DNA of 64,000 nucleotides, taken from the NCBI RefSeq assembly GCF_024223415.1, contig NZ_CP100500.1. One strand, 5' to 3'. Positions 9,220 to 17,760 of the stretch are shown here, piece by piece; within the stretch, counting starts at the first letter, position 1; each line of letters opens with the position of its first letter. The notes under the pieces are model-generated. The model was not told the DNA's origin and did not search any database. It saw only the letters and a program-made list of their open reading frames with translations. The stretch is from Escherichia coli. GTDB lineage: Bacteria; Pseudomonadota; Gammaproteobacteria; Enterobacterales; Enterobacteriaceae. The translations under genes were made by a program, and so were the position numbers.

Positions 9220-11364
9220 ATGGCCCAGATCAATCTCTCATACGGCCGGGAACTGGTAGACAACCTTCCTGTGCCCTGTACTGATGCCGATTTTAACCGG
9301 ACATTTAAGCGTGTTAAAAAGTGGGCTCGTGCTATCGGCGCAACCAAACAGGATACAAAAAGCCAGCTTAACGCCAAAAAAGCGCGTCTGCCCTACATCT
9401 GGCACGCAATGAAGGACGTCACCAAAGGTCGTAACGCTGCTAATGCGGGCAACCGTGATGTGCTCTTCATGGATATGGACGGCTGTAACGCGCCTGCATG
9501 GGGCGCTTTACGCGATGCGCTGGCCTGTTTCTCATGTTTCACCTATTCAACGCCAAGTCATCTGCACCCCACTGCAAACGGGGAACATCGCTGGCGTATC
9601 TGCCTGGAGCTGAGTCGCCAGGTCACGCCCGAAGAGTACAAGCGTCTTGGCCTTGCGGTTGAAAACTGGCTGATGGATTGTATCAGCCTGCTGGACGATT
9701 ACACCGTCAAGTGGGACCACAGCGTTTACAACCCGGACCATATGGTTTTTGCCCCTGATGAAAAGGCCATCTTTGAACGTTTTACCGGGGAACCTGTTGA
9801 CGTTGATATCCTGTTGGCCAGCGCACCGGAAGTTACCATCCCTGAAAAAGCATCTTCCACAGACCGCGATGATTTGTCACGCGCTGTCGAACTGAACGGC
9901 ATCAGTCAGGAAACTTTTGACGACCTGCGCGAAGTGATGTGGCATCCGGCTGTACTGGCAGACGCTGAGCCGGGTTGCGGTAAATACCATAGCTGGGCGG
10001 CGATGGGAAATCGTCTGGCATGGTTTAAGGGAACCGACTGGGAAGACGCAGCCCGTCAGCTTTGGGTCGACTGGTCGATAGCGGGTGGTGGCGATGGCAT
10101 CAGCGCTGAACATAAATGGGACAGTAACCAGCTTACCGCCGAACGAACCGGTTACCAGGCCATTTTCGCCCATGCGCAGAAAGCAGGGGTCGCTAACCCC
10201 GCGACCGACCGTATGCGCGGTTTTGTCGCCGGTGCGAATGACTTCGACGAGTTGCCACCGGAAAAACCGGAGCTGCCAAAGTCCAGACCGCACACAGGCG
10301 GCTACGGTAAGCCGGGAAAGTTCATCATTGAAGGGATGGTGCCGCACGGGGTGACCATGCTCTATGGAGCTTCGTCATCGTTCAAATCCTATGGCGTTAT
10401 CTCCATGCTCTGCCGTGTGGCGACGAAAACTCATCGCTGGGGCGGGCGTAACCTCAAAGGTGGCGCTGTTCTGTATGTTGCCGCTGAGGGTGGCAGCTCC
10501 GTTATGCCGCGTGTCGGCGCATGGGCGGATAAGTACAATGACGGTAAGCCACTGGATTTGTTCTACACCCTGCCACTGGCGGTTGATCTCTCTGTCCCCG
10601 CAAACGTCACAAAGATGGTAAACGAGATTAAGCGCATAGCGTACCACACCGGCGAACCTGTCCGGCTTGTGGCCGTCGACACGCTGTCGCAGTCCATGAT
10701 GCAGGGCGAGGAAAACAGCGCCAGTGATGTGGCAAAATTCATGGCGGGCGCAACCAGGGTGTTCACCGAAACGGGCGCAGCGGTGATTATCGTTCACCAC
10801 AGCGGCAAAGACAGCAGTAAGGGGATGCGTGGCTCTTCTGCTGCCTTTGCTAACGCCGATGCGGTCATTCGCGTGGAACGCATCGGCGACGCGGTGAACC
10901 TGATTAACGAGAAACAGCGTACCGGTCCGGTACAGCCGACCCGCGGTTACATGGTACCGACAGTGCAGCTTCCTGACGACGTTATCGCGGCTAACGAAAC
11001 GTACGATGATGAGTATACCAGCACTGAAGGGGAAGTATATGACCCTGTAAGGCTTACCACCGAGCGCGTGTTTGAAGATGCACCAATGGCGGAGATCACC
11101 CCACTGCTGGTGGATAAGGGCGACGGGAATACCAAAGGCAGCAGCGATGAATCCTGGGTATGGGAAAAGCTGGAGGCCTCCGGCGGCAGCATCAACCGTT
11201 CTGCGCTTCGCGAGTTATGGAAGGATGAAACCGATAAAAGTACCGGTCAGTTACGTGCGGTTCTGGGGCGCATGAAAGAGAAGTATTACATCGTTGAGCG
11301 CGACGGCGTAATCAGGGATCCGCTATGCAATGGCGTACCACCTGGAGGGGATGAAATTGCTTAA
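9220..11364 (+). CDS. Replicative primase-helicase (N-terminal primase-like region, C-terminal RecA-fold AAA_25/RepA-like helicase)
   Basis: 714-aa ORF; C-terminal Walker-type region with LVAVDTLSQS and IIVHHSGKD motifs typical of AAA_25/DnaB-like helicases. Confidence 0.7.
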   Translation: MAQINLSYGRELVDNLPVPCTDADFNRTFKRVKKWARAIGATKQDTKSQLNAKKARLPYIWHAMKDVTKGRNAANAGNRDVLFMDMDGCNAPAWGALRDALACFSCFTYSTPSHLHPTANGEHRWRICLELSRQVTPEEYKRLGLAVENWLMDCISLLDDYTVKWDHSVYNPDHMVFAPDEKAIFERFTGEPVDVDILLASAPEVTIPEKASSTDRDDLSRAVELNGISQETFDDLREVMWHPAVLADAEPGCGKYHSWAAMGNRLAWFKGTDWEDAARQLWVDWSIAGGGDGISAEHKWDSNQLTAERTGYQAIFAHAQKAGVANPATDRMRGFVAGANDFDELPPEKPELPKSRPHTGGYGKPGKFIIEGMVPHGVTMLYGASSSFKSYGVISMLCRVATKTHRWGGRNLKGGAVLYVAAEGGSSVMPRVGAWADKYNDGKPLDLFYTLPLAVDLSVPANVTKMVNEIKRIAYHTGEPVRLVAVDTLSQSMMQGEENSASDVAKFMAGATRVFTETGAAVIIVHHSGKDSSKGMRGSSAAFANADAVIRVERIGDAVNLINEKQRTGPVQPTRGYMVPTVQLPDDVIAANETYDDEYTSTEGEVYDPVRLTTERVFEDAPMAEITPLLVDKGDGNTKGSSDESWVWEKLEASGGSINRSALRELWKDETDKSTGQLRAVLGRMKEKYYIVERDGVIRDPLCNGVPPGGDEIA

Positions 11365-11379
11365 TTTTACCAATTTGCA

Positions 11380-11640
11380 GAAAGCTACAAATTTGCATAA
11401 AAATGCAAAAATAAAATATATGCAATTTATTTGCATAAATAGTCAGCGCAACAAAAATTTTAAGCAGCAAGCGCAACACGATGCGCAACAGCGCAACAAA
11501 AAATGTTGCGCCGCTGATTTTAAAGGCTTTTTTAACCGCAACAAGAGCAACACGACGGCTAGCGTAGTGGCGCAACACAATACCCCTCTCCCCCCTTTAG
11601 GGGGGAGGGGTTTGTTGCGCCCGAGCCGTTGCGGTTTTTA
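11380..11640. repeat. Candidate replication origin: AT-rich tract, multiple GCGCAACA iterons (direct and inverted) and a perfect 12-bp-arm palindrome
   Basis: GCGCAACA or its complement TGTTGCGC occurs repeatedly; palindrome cccctctcccccctttaggggggagggg at 11583..11610; TGCATAAA/TTTGCATAAA repeats at 11391..11445. Confidence 0.5.
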
Positions 11641-11687
11641 TTCATTTAAATGCATATGCAATGCTGGTGAATGATAAGGGGGTGCAG

Positions 11688-12386
11688 ATGCTGACAGCAA
11701 TCAACAACGAAAAAATTGTCATCGCAAGGGACGCGCAGAAACCGGGAATTTTCGCCTGCCCGGAATGTGGTGAAGTTGTCACCCTGCGGAAAGGTTCGGT
11801 GAAAGTTCACCATTTCGCCCATCGCAGCACCACATCCTGCGGTTACGGGAAAGGCGAATCTGAGTTGCACATGGATTTGAAAATGCAGGTCTATGACGCG
11901 TTGAACGCGCATCGTGAGGTGGAATATGTTGCGATGGAGGTCGCAGTCGGTGATGTTCGTCCCGATGTGCTGGCGATTATTCGGGGTCAGAAGGTTGCTT
12001 TTGAGATTCAGGTTAGTTCGCTGAGTATTGAAGACCTCTATCGCCGCACGGTTGCGTACGCAGCTCAGGACATTGCGATGATCTGGATCCTGCACTGGCC
12101 TGAAGGTACTGCACTGGACCGGCTTTATCACCCTGCATCATGGGAGCGATGGTTACATACTTGCGGAATGGCAACTCTGTACTTCTGGGCGGGCGATGGC
12201 TGGGTCAGGCCAGTGCGTCTGGGAAACCGACAACATGGATTACAAAGAGCACCTCGTGCCCATCTGGTTGATGATTTCGAACCAAAGCGAACAGGCGGGT
12301 GGATTAAAGGTGATTTTCTGATACCTGCTCGCTTTATCTGGAATCGTGTGCGACGGCAAAAACGTAGAGGTCAGAGCTATGCGTAA
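11688..12386 (+). CDS. CoiA-like protein (competence protein CoiA-like family, predicted nuclease)
   Basis: Start at ATG 11688 (AAGGGGG RBS); N-terminal CPECGEVVTLRKGSVKVHHFAH zinc-finger-like segment typical of the CoiA-like family. Confidence 0.5.
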   Translation: MLTAINNEKIVIARDAQKPGIFACPECGEVVTLRKGSVKVHHFAHRSTTSCGYGKGESELHMDLKMQVYDALNAHREVEYVAMEVAVGDVRPDVLAIIRGQKVAFEIQVSSLSIEDLYRRTVAYAAQDIAMIWILHWPEGTALDRLYHPASWERWLHTCGMATLYFWAGDGWVRPVRLGNRQHGLQRAPRAHLVDDFEPKRTGGWIKGDFLIPARFIWNRVRRQKRRGQSYA

Positions 12387-12813
12387 TATTCAACAGGTTT
12401 TAGAGCGCTGGGGTGGCTGGGCTGCCAATAGCAACACCACAGTGAGCTGGGCTCCAATAGCGGCGGGATTTAAAGGGCTGGTAGTCAGCAGCCTGCCTGG
12501 CAGGCTGAGTTGCTGCGACGACGATGGCCTGATTATCGATGCTTGCGTCTGTCGGCTGCAGCAGGTCCGTAAGCCTGAGGAACTGGACGTCATTATGCTG
12601 TACTACGTCTACGGGTTAAGCAAACGTGAGATAGGACGGCGGCGTCGATGTTCTGAAGGATTTATCCGCCAGCAGTTGCAGGTAGCTGAGGGATTCATTG
12701 AGGGGTGTCTCTGCATGCTGGGTGTGAGCCTTCAGATGGATCCTGAGGTCGAAATTCAAAGGGATGAAAAAAGTATTAGTGCGCTACGCAAAAACTGCGC
12801 TACGCTGGTATGA
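12379..12813 (+). CDS. Q: Late-gene antiterminator Q (phage 21/82-type Q family)
   Basis: Sequence MRNIQQVLERWGGWAA ... resembles lambdoid Q antiterminators; position immediately upstream of the lysis cassette. Confidence 0.7.
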   Translation: MRNIQQVLERWGGWAANSNTTVSWAPIAAGFKGLVVSSLPGRLSCCDDDGLIIDACVCRLQQVRKPEELDVIMLYYVYGLSKREIGRRRRCSEGFIRQQLQVAEGFIEGCLCMLGVSLQMDPEVEIQRDEKSISALRKNCATLV

Positions 12814-12989
12814 GTTGAATTTCTGACCTCAACGAAGAGCTCCAAATTATTGGGGGTTTTTTGTACGCACAACAGGTAATAGTATTGAACCCGCAGACCT
12901 CGCGGAACTGGTGAAAGGTGCCGCGCAGTGCTCTTATCGTTGTGGTGAAGCTCAATGGCGAGCTAGCAGATAGGCGACAGTGAAAATAC

Positions 12990-13070
12990 TAGTCATGTAT
13001 CTGACCGCCGCGCGTACTGCAATCGGCAGCGCACCGATGGAAGCCGGTTCGATTCCGGCCGCCACAACCC
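12990..13070 (+). other. tRNA-like element (canonical T-arm GCCGG-TTCGATT-CCGGC and a foldable anticodon-like stem) that does not fold as a complete canonical tRNA
   Basis: gaagccggttcgattccggccgccaca read directly; possible anticodon stem atcgg-cagcgca-ccgat; no convincing D-arm or 5' acceptor strand at the correct spacing. Confidence 0.3.
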
Positions 13071-13187
13071 AAACTGAGCCGTAGCCACTGGCTGTCCTGA
13101 ACTCCTCAGTGATAGTTACGCTGCGGCCTTCTTTTTCCCCTTCCTAATACAAGAACTACGCAATCCGTTACTGGCGGAGGCGTTGCT

Positions 13188-13403
13188 ATGAAATCAATGG
13201 ACAAAATCTCAACTGGCATTGCCTACGGAACATCCGCTGGTAGTGCGGGATACTGGTTTTTACAGTGGTTGGATCAGGTCAGTCCGTCACAGTGGGCTGC
13301 TATTGGTGTGCTGGGGAGTCTGGCACTGGGCTTTCTGACTTATCTGACGAATCTGTACTTCAAGATAAAAGAGGACCGTCGCAAGGCGGCGCGGGGAGAG
13401 TAA
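13188..13403 (+). CDS. S: Class II holin, phage 21 S-type (pinholin) with dual starts MKSMDK
   Basis: 71-aa [74 protein letters not shown], closely resembling the phage 21 S holin as recalled; GGAGG RBS. Confidence 0.85.
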   Translation: MKSMDKISTGIAYGTSAGSAGYWFLQWLDQVSPSQWAAIGVLGSLALGFLTYLTNLYFKIKEDRRKAARGE

Positions 13404-13536
13404 TTCAATGGAACATAATAATGAAAAATCCAGAGAGCACTCTGGAAACAGCAAACATTATTCCATTGCTCATTCATTCGGCGGCTTTCGTGATGTAGTC
13501 GGACAGGGTGCTGAGAGAGAACAGGAGAGTAATACA

Positions 13537-14343
13537 ATGACTCAAAACCATGAACTGGTTGTTAAAGGAACCCGAAATTTTGAGAATAAAATTGCGGTGA
13601 TTTTAACCCTGCGTGACAAAAAGCGTTTTGCCTGTGAGATATTTGACTTACACATCAACCTTGAACGACAGGAAGGCGCCACTCTGGAGTTTTATGAGTC
13701 AGAGGCAATAAAACGGGCAAAGACATTGTTCCGGGATGTTGCTGCAGGGTTATGTGAAGGGGACGAGCTGTCGCCGGAAAAGCGCCCCATAATTTTACAG
13801 GCGCACAATGTGTGGATAACCTACAAAGGAAAGCTACCGGGAAGAATTACTGGTTCTCTGAAGATGCCGCCGTCAACACTGCGGTCAGAAAAAGAGGCGT
13901 CTTGTCTGCAGTCTGAGTACTCCATTACGGTTAAAAGTGCCGGAGAGGAAGGAAATAAACGTTATTTTATTGCGTCTGCACCTGATAAAGATCAGGAATG
14001 GGAGTGTAACCGGCCATCCTTTGTTGTATACGGAGATGGCGGGAAAATAACCATCTCAGAAAATGGGAAATTAACACCGCCATCGCACCAGCATAGTGAG
14101 GCGCTCATTGAATTTGCCATTGATTACCTGAAGAACAATAAAAAGCAGGGGCTGATGAAGCGCATTGGTCGTTGCATGGGATATCTGCAGGTAGCAGCTG
14201 AGATTGAAATGATGGCCAGTGGTGCTGACAATGATGCAGTTGTGCTGGAGGCTCTTCTGCGTGATTTTGATAATACGCCCTTTAAGAAAGCACCTGTTGA
14301 CTGGATGCAGCCGGGGATGACTTATCTGAAAGGGCGTATATAA
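13537..14343 (+). CDS. Hypothetical protein (moron inserted between holin and endolysin)
   Basis: ORF track frame 13408..14343; preferred start ATG 13537 preceded by AGGAG; no recognised domain. Confidence 0.45.
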   Translation: MTQNHELVVKGTRNFENKIAVILTLRDKKRFACEIFDLHINLERQEGATLEFYESEAIKRAKTLFRDVAAGLCEGDELSPEKRPIILQAHNVWITYKGKLPGRITGSLKMPPSTLRSEKEASCLQSEYSITVKSAGEEGNKRYFIASAPDKDQEWECNRPSFVVYGDGGKITISENGKLTPPSHQHSEALIEFAIDYLKNNKKQGLMKRIGRCMGYLQVAAEIEMMASGADNDAVVLEALLRDFDNTPFKKAPVDWMQPGMTYLKGRI

Positions 14344-14352
14344 GGTGGCTCG

Positions 14353-14667
14353 TTATCTGTTGCTGGATAATCGACTGAAGATGCGTTCTTTTTGTGTTTT
14401 TGCGTAATGATTGTCCCACTCACAATCAAGGTAGCTTAATTCTTCATTCAACCAGTTATTTATATTGGTCTTAATACGCATAAGCATGGGCTGTGTTAAT
14501 GCTCTGGCGATAATGCCGAGAGTCACAGGTGTGAGATGTCCATACGGCTCAGCCTGAATGGATTTTACTGCATCGTGTTCTTGTGGGAGGAGTAAGAGGC
14601 ACTCTGATTTTACCCGCTCATTTATGGCTTGCAGGCATAAATCATAATTATGTTGATCGTTATGCAT
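14353..14667 (-). CDS. Hypothetical protein, convergent partner of the 13537..14343 moron gene
   Basis: 104-aa ORF on the opposite strand to the late operon; no recognised domain. Confidence 0.4.
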   Translation of the reverse strand: MHNDQHNYDLCLQAINERVKSECLLLLPQEHDAVKSIQAEPYGHLTPVTLGIIARALTQPMLMRIKTNINNWLNEELSYLDCEWDNHYAKTQKERIFSRLSSNR

Positions 14668-14795
14668 GGTTAATCCTCTACTGAAATTGTCAGATATATT
14701 TCAGCCATCAGGAAAAACGCCAGTGTCCTACCGCTGGCGGGCTGAAGATTTAACATATCCAGGGATTCGGAACCGATAAATCCTGATAAATATCC

Positions 14796-15329
14796 ATGAA
14801 CACCAAAATCAAATATGGCCTGTCGGCTGCCGTTCTGGCACTGATTGCCGTCGGTGCGCCTGCGCCTGATATTCTCGACCAGTTTCTGGATGAAAAAGAA
14901 GGTAACCACACAACGGCATACCGCGATGGTTCCGGTATATGGACCATCTGTCGTGGTGCCACAATGGTGGATGGTAAGCCCGTCATACCGGGAATGAAGC
15001 TGTCGAAGGAAAAATGCGTTCAGGTTAATGCCATTGAGCGTGATAGGGCGCTGGCATGGGTGGAGCGCAATATTAAAGTACCTCTGACCGAAGCACAGAA
15101 AGCGGGTATTGCGTCATTCTGTCCCTATAACATTGGCCCCGGTAAGTGTTTCCCGTCGACGTTTTATAAGCGGCTTAATGCCGGTGATCGTAAAGGTGCC
15201 TGTGAGTCGATTCGCTGGTGGATTAAGGACGGTGGGCGTGATTGCCGCACACGTTCAAATAACTGCTACGGACAGGTTATTCGTCGTGACCAGGAAGCAG
15301 CACTTGTGTGCTGGGATATCGACAGATGA
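14796..15329 (+). CDS. R: SAR-endolysin (T4-lysozyme-like muramidase with N-terminal signal-anchor-release domain)
   Basis: N-terminal GLSAAVLALIAVGAPAP SAR-like segment; E...D...T catalytic spacing (DEKEGN, YRDGSG, WTICRG). Confidence 0.8.
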   Translation: MNTKIKYGLSAAVLALIAVGAPAPDILDQFLDEKEGNHTTAYRDGSGIWTICRGATMVDGKPVIPGMKLSKEKCVQVNAIERDRALAWVERNIKVPLTEAQKAGIASFCPYNIGPGKCFPSTFYKRLNAGDRKGACESIRWWIKDGGRDCRTRSNNCYGQVIRRDQEAALVCWDIDR

Positions 15330-15419
15330 GCAGAATATTTTGCTGAAAAATGACGTTGGCCAACGCGGACGGATAACACGATATTCGACATAAATGAATT
15401 TAAATAGTGAATAAAAGCA

Positions 15420-15460
15420 GAAACCCCGATTGTTGGTCGCAATCGGGGTTTTGTGTTTCT
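15420..15460 (+). terminator. Strong hairpin (12-bp stem AAACCCCGATTG / CAATCGGGGTTT) followed by T-rich tract, downstream of the endolysin gene
   Basis: aaaccccgattgttggtcgcaatcggggttttgtgtttc read directly. Confidence 0.55.
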
Positions 15461-15644
15461 GGCAGTAAGTTATGGGAGGCTGCCTTGATTAATTTTAGCG
15501 GAGGAGACTGGATTGTGGAAGCTCTGAAATTGCTCGAAAGAAGTCCGGTTCTGAGAAGAATGTTTTATATAGCTCTTATAGTTATCGGAGCATTCGCCGT
15601 TGCGAAATCACTTCCGGGAATAGCTGAAATCATAAAGGCGCTGA

Positions 15645-15818
15645 ATGCATAAAGAATACCTGGCTGAGGCTGACAAACAGGTCTCTGAATTGAAAGCTCC
15701 GGTAACCGATGACATCAGCGGAGCGGTGGCTTTTGCCATTAAGTGGGTGGCAGTCGGCGTTGCTATATCACCGGTACTGTATGGGCTGGCAAAGCTGGTT
15801 ATTGCGTTGAAATCATAA
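15645..15818 (+). CDS. Small hydrophobic protein (57 aa, one predicted TM helix) within the endolysin-Rz insertion
   Basis: Own translation MHKEYLAEADKQVSELKAPVTDDISGAVAFAIKWVAVGVAISPVLYGLAKLVIALKS; below the ORF-track size cutoff. Confidence 0.3.
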   Translation: MHKEYLAEADKQVSELKAPVTDDISGAVAFAIKWVAVGVAISPVLYGLAKLVIALKS

Positions 15819-15819
15819 C

Positions 15820-15884
15820 TGTTACGGCCAGGTTATTCGTCGTGACCAGGAAAGTGCATTAGCCTGTTGGGGGATAGATCAGTG
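15820..15884 (+). pseudogene. Duplicated 3' end of an endolysin gene (remnant coding ...[20 protein letters not shown]), marking an insertion boundary
   Basis: ctgttacggccaggttattcgtcgtgaccaggaa at 15820 nearly repeats ctgctacggacaggttattcgtcgtgaccaggaa at the 3' end of R (about 15268..15301). Confidence 0.6.
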
Positions 15885-16349
15885 AGCAGAGTCGCCGCGA
15901 TTATTTATGCTCTGGTTATCTGCATCATCGTCTGCCTGTCGTGGGCGGTCAATCATTACCGTGATAACGCCATCGCCTACAAAGAACAGCGTGATAAAAA
16001 AGTCAGTGAGCTGAAGCAGGCGACCGCCACCATTACTGACATGCAGCAACGCCAGCGTGCTGCTGATGTACTCGATGCTAAATACACGAAGGAGTTGGCT
16101 GATGCGAAAGCTGAAAATGATGCTCTTCGGCGCAAGCTTGATAATGGTGGTCGGGTGCTCGTCAAAGGAAAATGCTCTGTGCCATCCTCAGCCGAAACCT
16201 CCAGCGCCTCCGGCATGGGCAATGATGCCACCGTCGAACTCTCTCCAGTTGCTGGACGAAACGTTCTCGGTATCCGGGACGGAATCATCAGAGACCAGAC
16301 AGCACTGAGAACGCTTCAGGAATATATCAGGACGCAATGCCTTCGATGA
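15867..16349 (+). CDS. Rz: Rz i-spanin (inner-membrane spanin subunit); true start probably GTG at 15882
   Basis: [33 protein letters not shown] ... closely resembles lambda Rz as recalled. Confidence 0.8.
   Translation: MGDRSVSRVAAIIYALVICIIVCLSWAVNHYRDNAIAYKEQRDKKVSELKQATATITDMQQRQRAADVLDAKYTKELADAKAENDALRRKLDNGGRVLVKGKCSVPSSAETSSASGMGNDATVELSPVAGRNVLGIRDGIIRDQTALRTLQEYIRTQCLR
16102..16308 (+). CDS. Rz1: Rz1 o-spanin lipoprotein embedded in the +1 frame of Rz
   Basis: [21 protein letters not shown] lipobox and proline-rich [11 protein letters not shown] segment inside the Rz gene. Confidence 0.7.
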   Translation: MRKLKMMLFGASLIMVVGCSSKENALCHPQPKPPAPPAWAMMPPSNSLQLLDETFSVSGTESSETRQH

Positions 16350-16550
16350 TAGCGATAATTTTACTGATCATCCTTCACATCTGGCTCTGTAGACAGGGTG
16401 GTGATCACTTCTGGAGTGAATCCAGATTAAACATCTCATTGCTGATGCTTGAAGTTGAGCATCTGGCGCGCGGTAAGGGGCTGCGTTGAAATAAGAGCCA
16501 GTCATTAAAAATACCTGGATTTAGCCTCGCATTCGCGGGGCTTTTTATTG

Positions 16551-16774
16551 CCATTACAAAAGCCACTCCCTACAGAGTGGCTTTGATAATGGCTTATACC
16601 CTACACGGGATAACTTAACTGATATCCCTTTTAACGGATAAAGGTATTCAAGCCTGACACATCATGCGCTGTATCGTCGCCGTATTCCCGTATTAACAGA
16701 GACCGTAGCCCGACGGGGAACTCCTTCTGCGAGAGTGTGCGGGAATAATCAAAAACGATGCACACCGGGTTTTT
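16551..16774. repeat. Direct repeat copy 1 (~224 bp) upstream of the two-gene cassette
   Basis: Near-identical to 18338..18560, with only a few mismatches by eye. Confidence 0.8.
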
Positions 16775-16899
16775 ACCGCGCTAATGATTCGCGGGTTTGT
16801 CCCTCATGCTCGCCAGTCCTGTGCGAGGGTGGAAGAAACAGGGCATGTATTCAGGAGCGTGCGACCGTGGTCGCACGGTATCTTTGTCAGGAGGTTTTG

Positions 16900-17760
16900 A
16901 TGAAAGAGTTGCAAAAAATTAATTCAATAATGGAAAGGTTAAGTGCTCTTGAGCGTAAGCTGGACGATTGTGGAAAGCTGTGTGTTGAAAAGCAAAATGA
17001 GCTTTACCGGGAATTTTTTACAATCGTAAGTGAGCTGATGCCAATTGTTAATAACTGCCTGATGACATCCAGATTTTTTAATGTCGATGCTACTACATCC
17101 AGAAAATTTTCTGTGAAAATTCAAGAAAGAGTTTCTGGTAGTGTGACAAGAGAGATGGCTGAACAGTTGGTGGCAATGAGCAATAAAACAAAAAGAAAAA
17201 AGGCATTGCTTGTAACAGCAAATCAGCTTTCAGGGCGCGTTGACTTTCAGGTCAGACAGGGTGGGCGTGTACTGGTAAATGATGCGTTCGTTGGACGTAG
17301 CTTTAGTCCTTACTCGATAAAATATGATGTTGATGCAGATGATCAGGATATCAGCATTTCCTGGAAATCTGAGACAGCAGGGATTGTATTAACAGCAGAG
17401 TTGTTGAGTGATGATAAAAATGATGTCCAGCATCATTTGGACGAAAAGAATCATATTTCTGAAATTTGTATGAAGCCACGCAGCGGAATGACTTTATTGT
17501 CACGCACTCTTGCTGCTGGCTTTTCTGCACCGGAAAAACGTGTGCTTCTGGTAGTGCCTGAAGATGCAGATATTCGACCACTGAATGGCTGTGATGTTAT
17601 TAGTGCAAAAACATTGCATACCCGCGTCATTCCTGTACCGGATGTGGTCATTATTGATGATGTTGAGAAATGCAAGTCTGTTTCCTCAACTGCCACAATC
17701 AAGCGAATTTTACGTTGTAGCACGTCGGCTGTTGTATTCCGGAAGCAGTTACATAACTAA
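16900..17760 (+). CDS. Hypothetical soluble protein (~286 aa), first gene of the repeat-flanked cassette
   Basis: ORF-track frame 16735..17760; preferred start ATG 16900 with AGGAGG RBS; N-terminal coiled-coil-like segment. Confidence 0.5.
   Translation: MKELQKINSIMERLSALERKLDDCGKLCVEKQNELYREFFTIVSELMPIVNNCLMTSRFFNVDATTSRKFSVKIQERVSGSVTREMAEQLVAMSNKTKRKKALLVTANQLSGRVDFQVRQGGRVLVNDAFVGRSFSPYSIKYDVDADDQDISISWKSETAGIVLTAELLSDDKNDVQHHLDEKNHISEICMKPRSGMTLLSRTLAAGFSAPEKRVLLVVPEDADIRPLNGCDVISAKTLHTRVIPVPDVVIIDDVEKCKSVSSTATIKRILRCSTSAVVFRKQLHN

Noticed and set aside
11330-11674. 114-aa plus-strand ORF
   Set aside because: Spans the AT-rich iteron/palindrome region; repetitive low-complexity translation, more plausibly a non-coding origin region.
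12990-13070. Calling a bona fide tRNA gene downstream of Q
   Set aside because: T-arm and an anticodon-like stem are present but I cannot form a D-arm or a 5' acceptor strand at canonical spacing; kept only as a low-confidence tRNA-like element.
13408-13536. Using the ORF-track start at 13408 for the moron protein
   Set aside because: The ATG at 13537 has a clear AGGAG RBS, whereas the upstream extension begins immediately after the holin stop with no RBS; the downstream start is preferred but unproven.
15407-15652. 81-aa ORF with GTG start in the endolysin-Rz insertion
   Set aside because: Its 5' part runs through the strong terminator hairpin at 15420..15455; only the distal hydrophobic segment from ATG 15560 might be real, so it is reported as a finding, not a feature.
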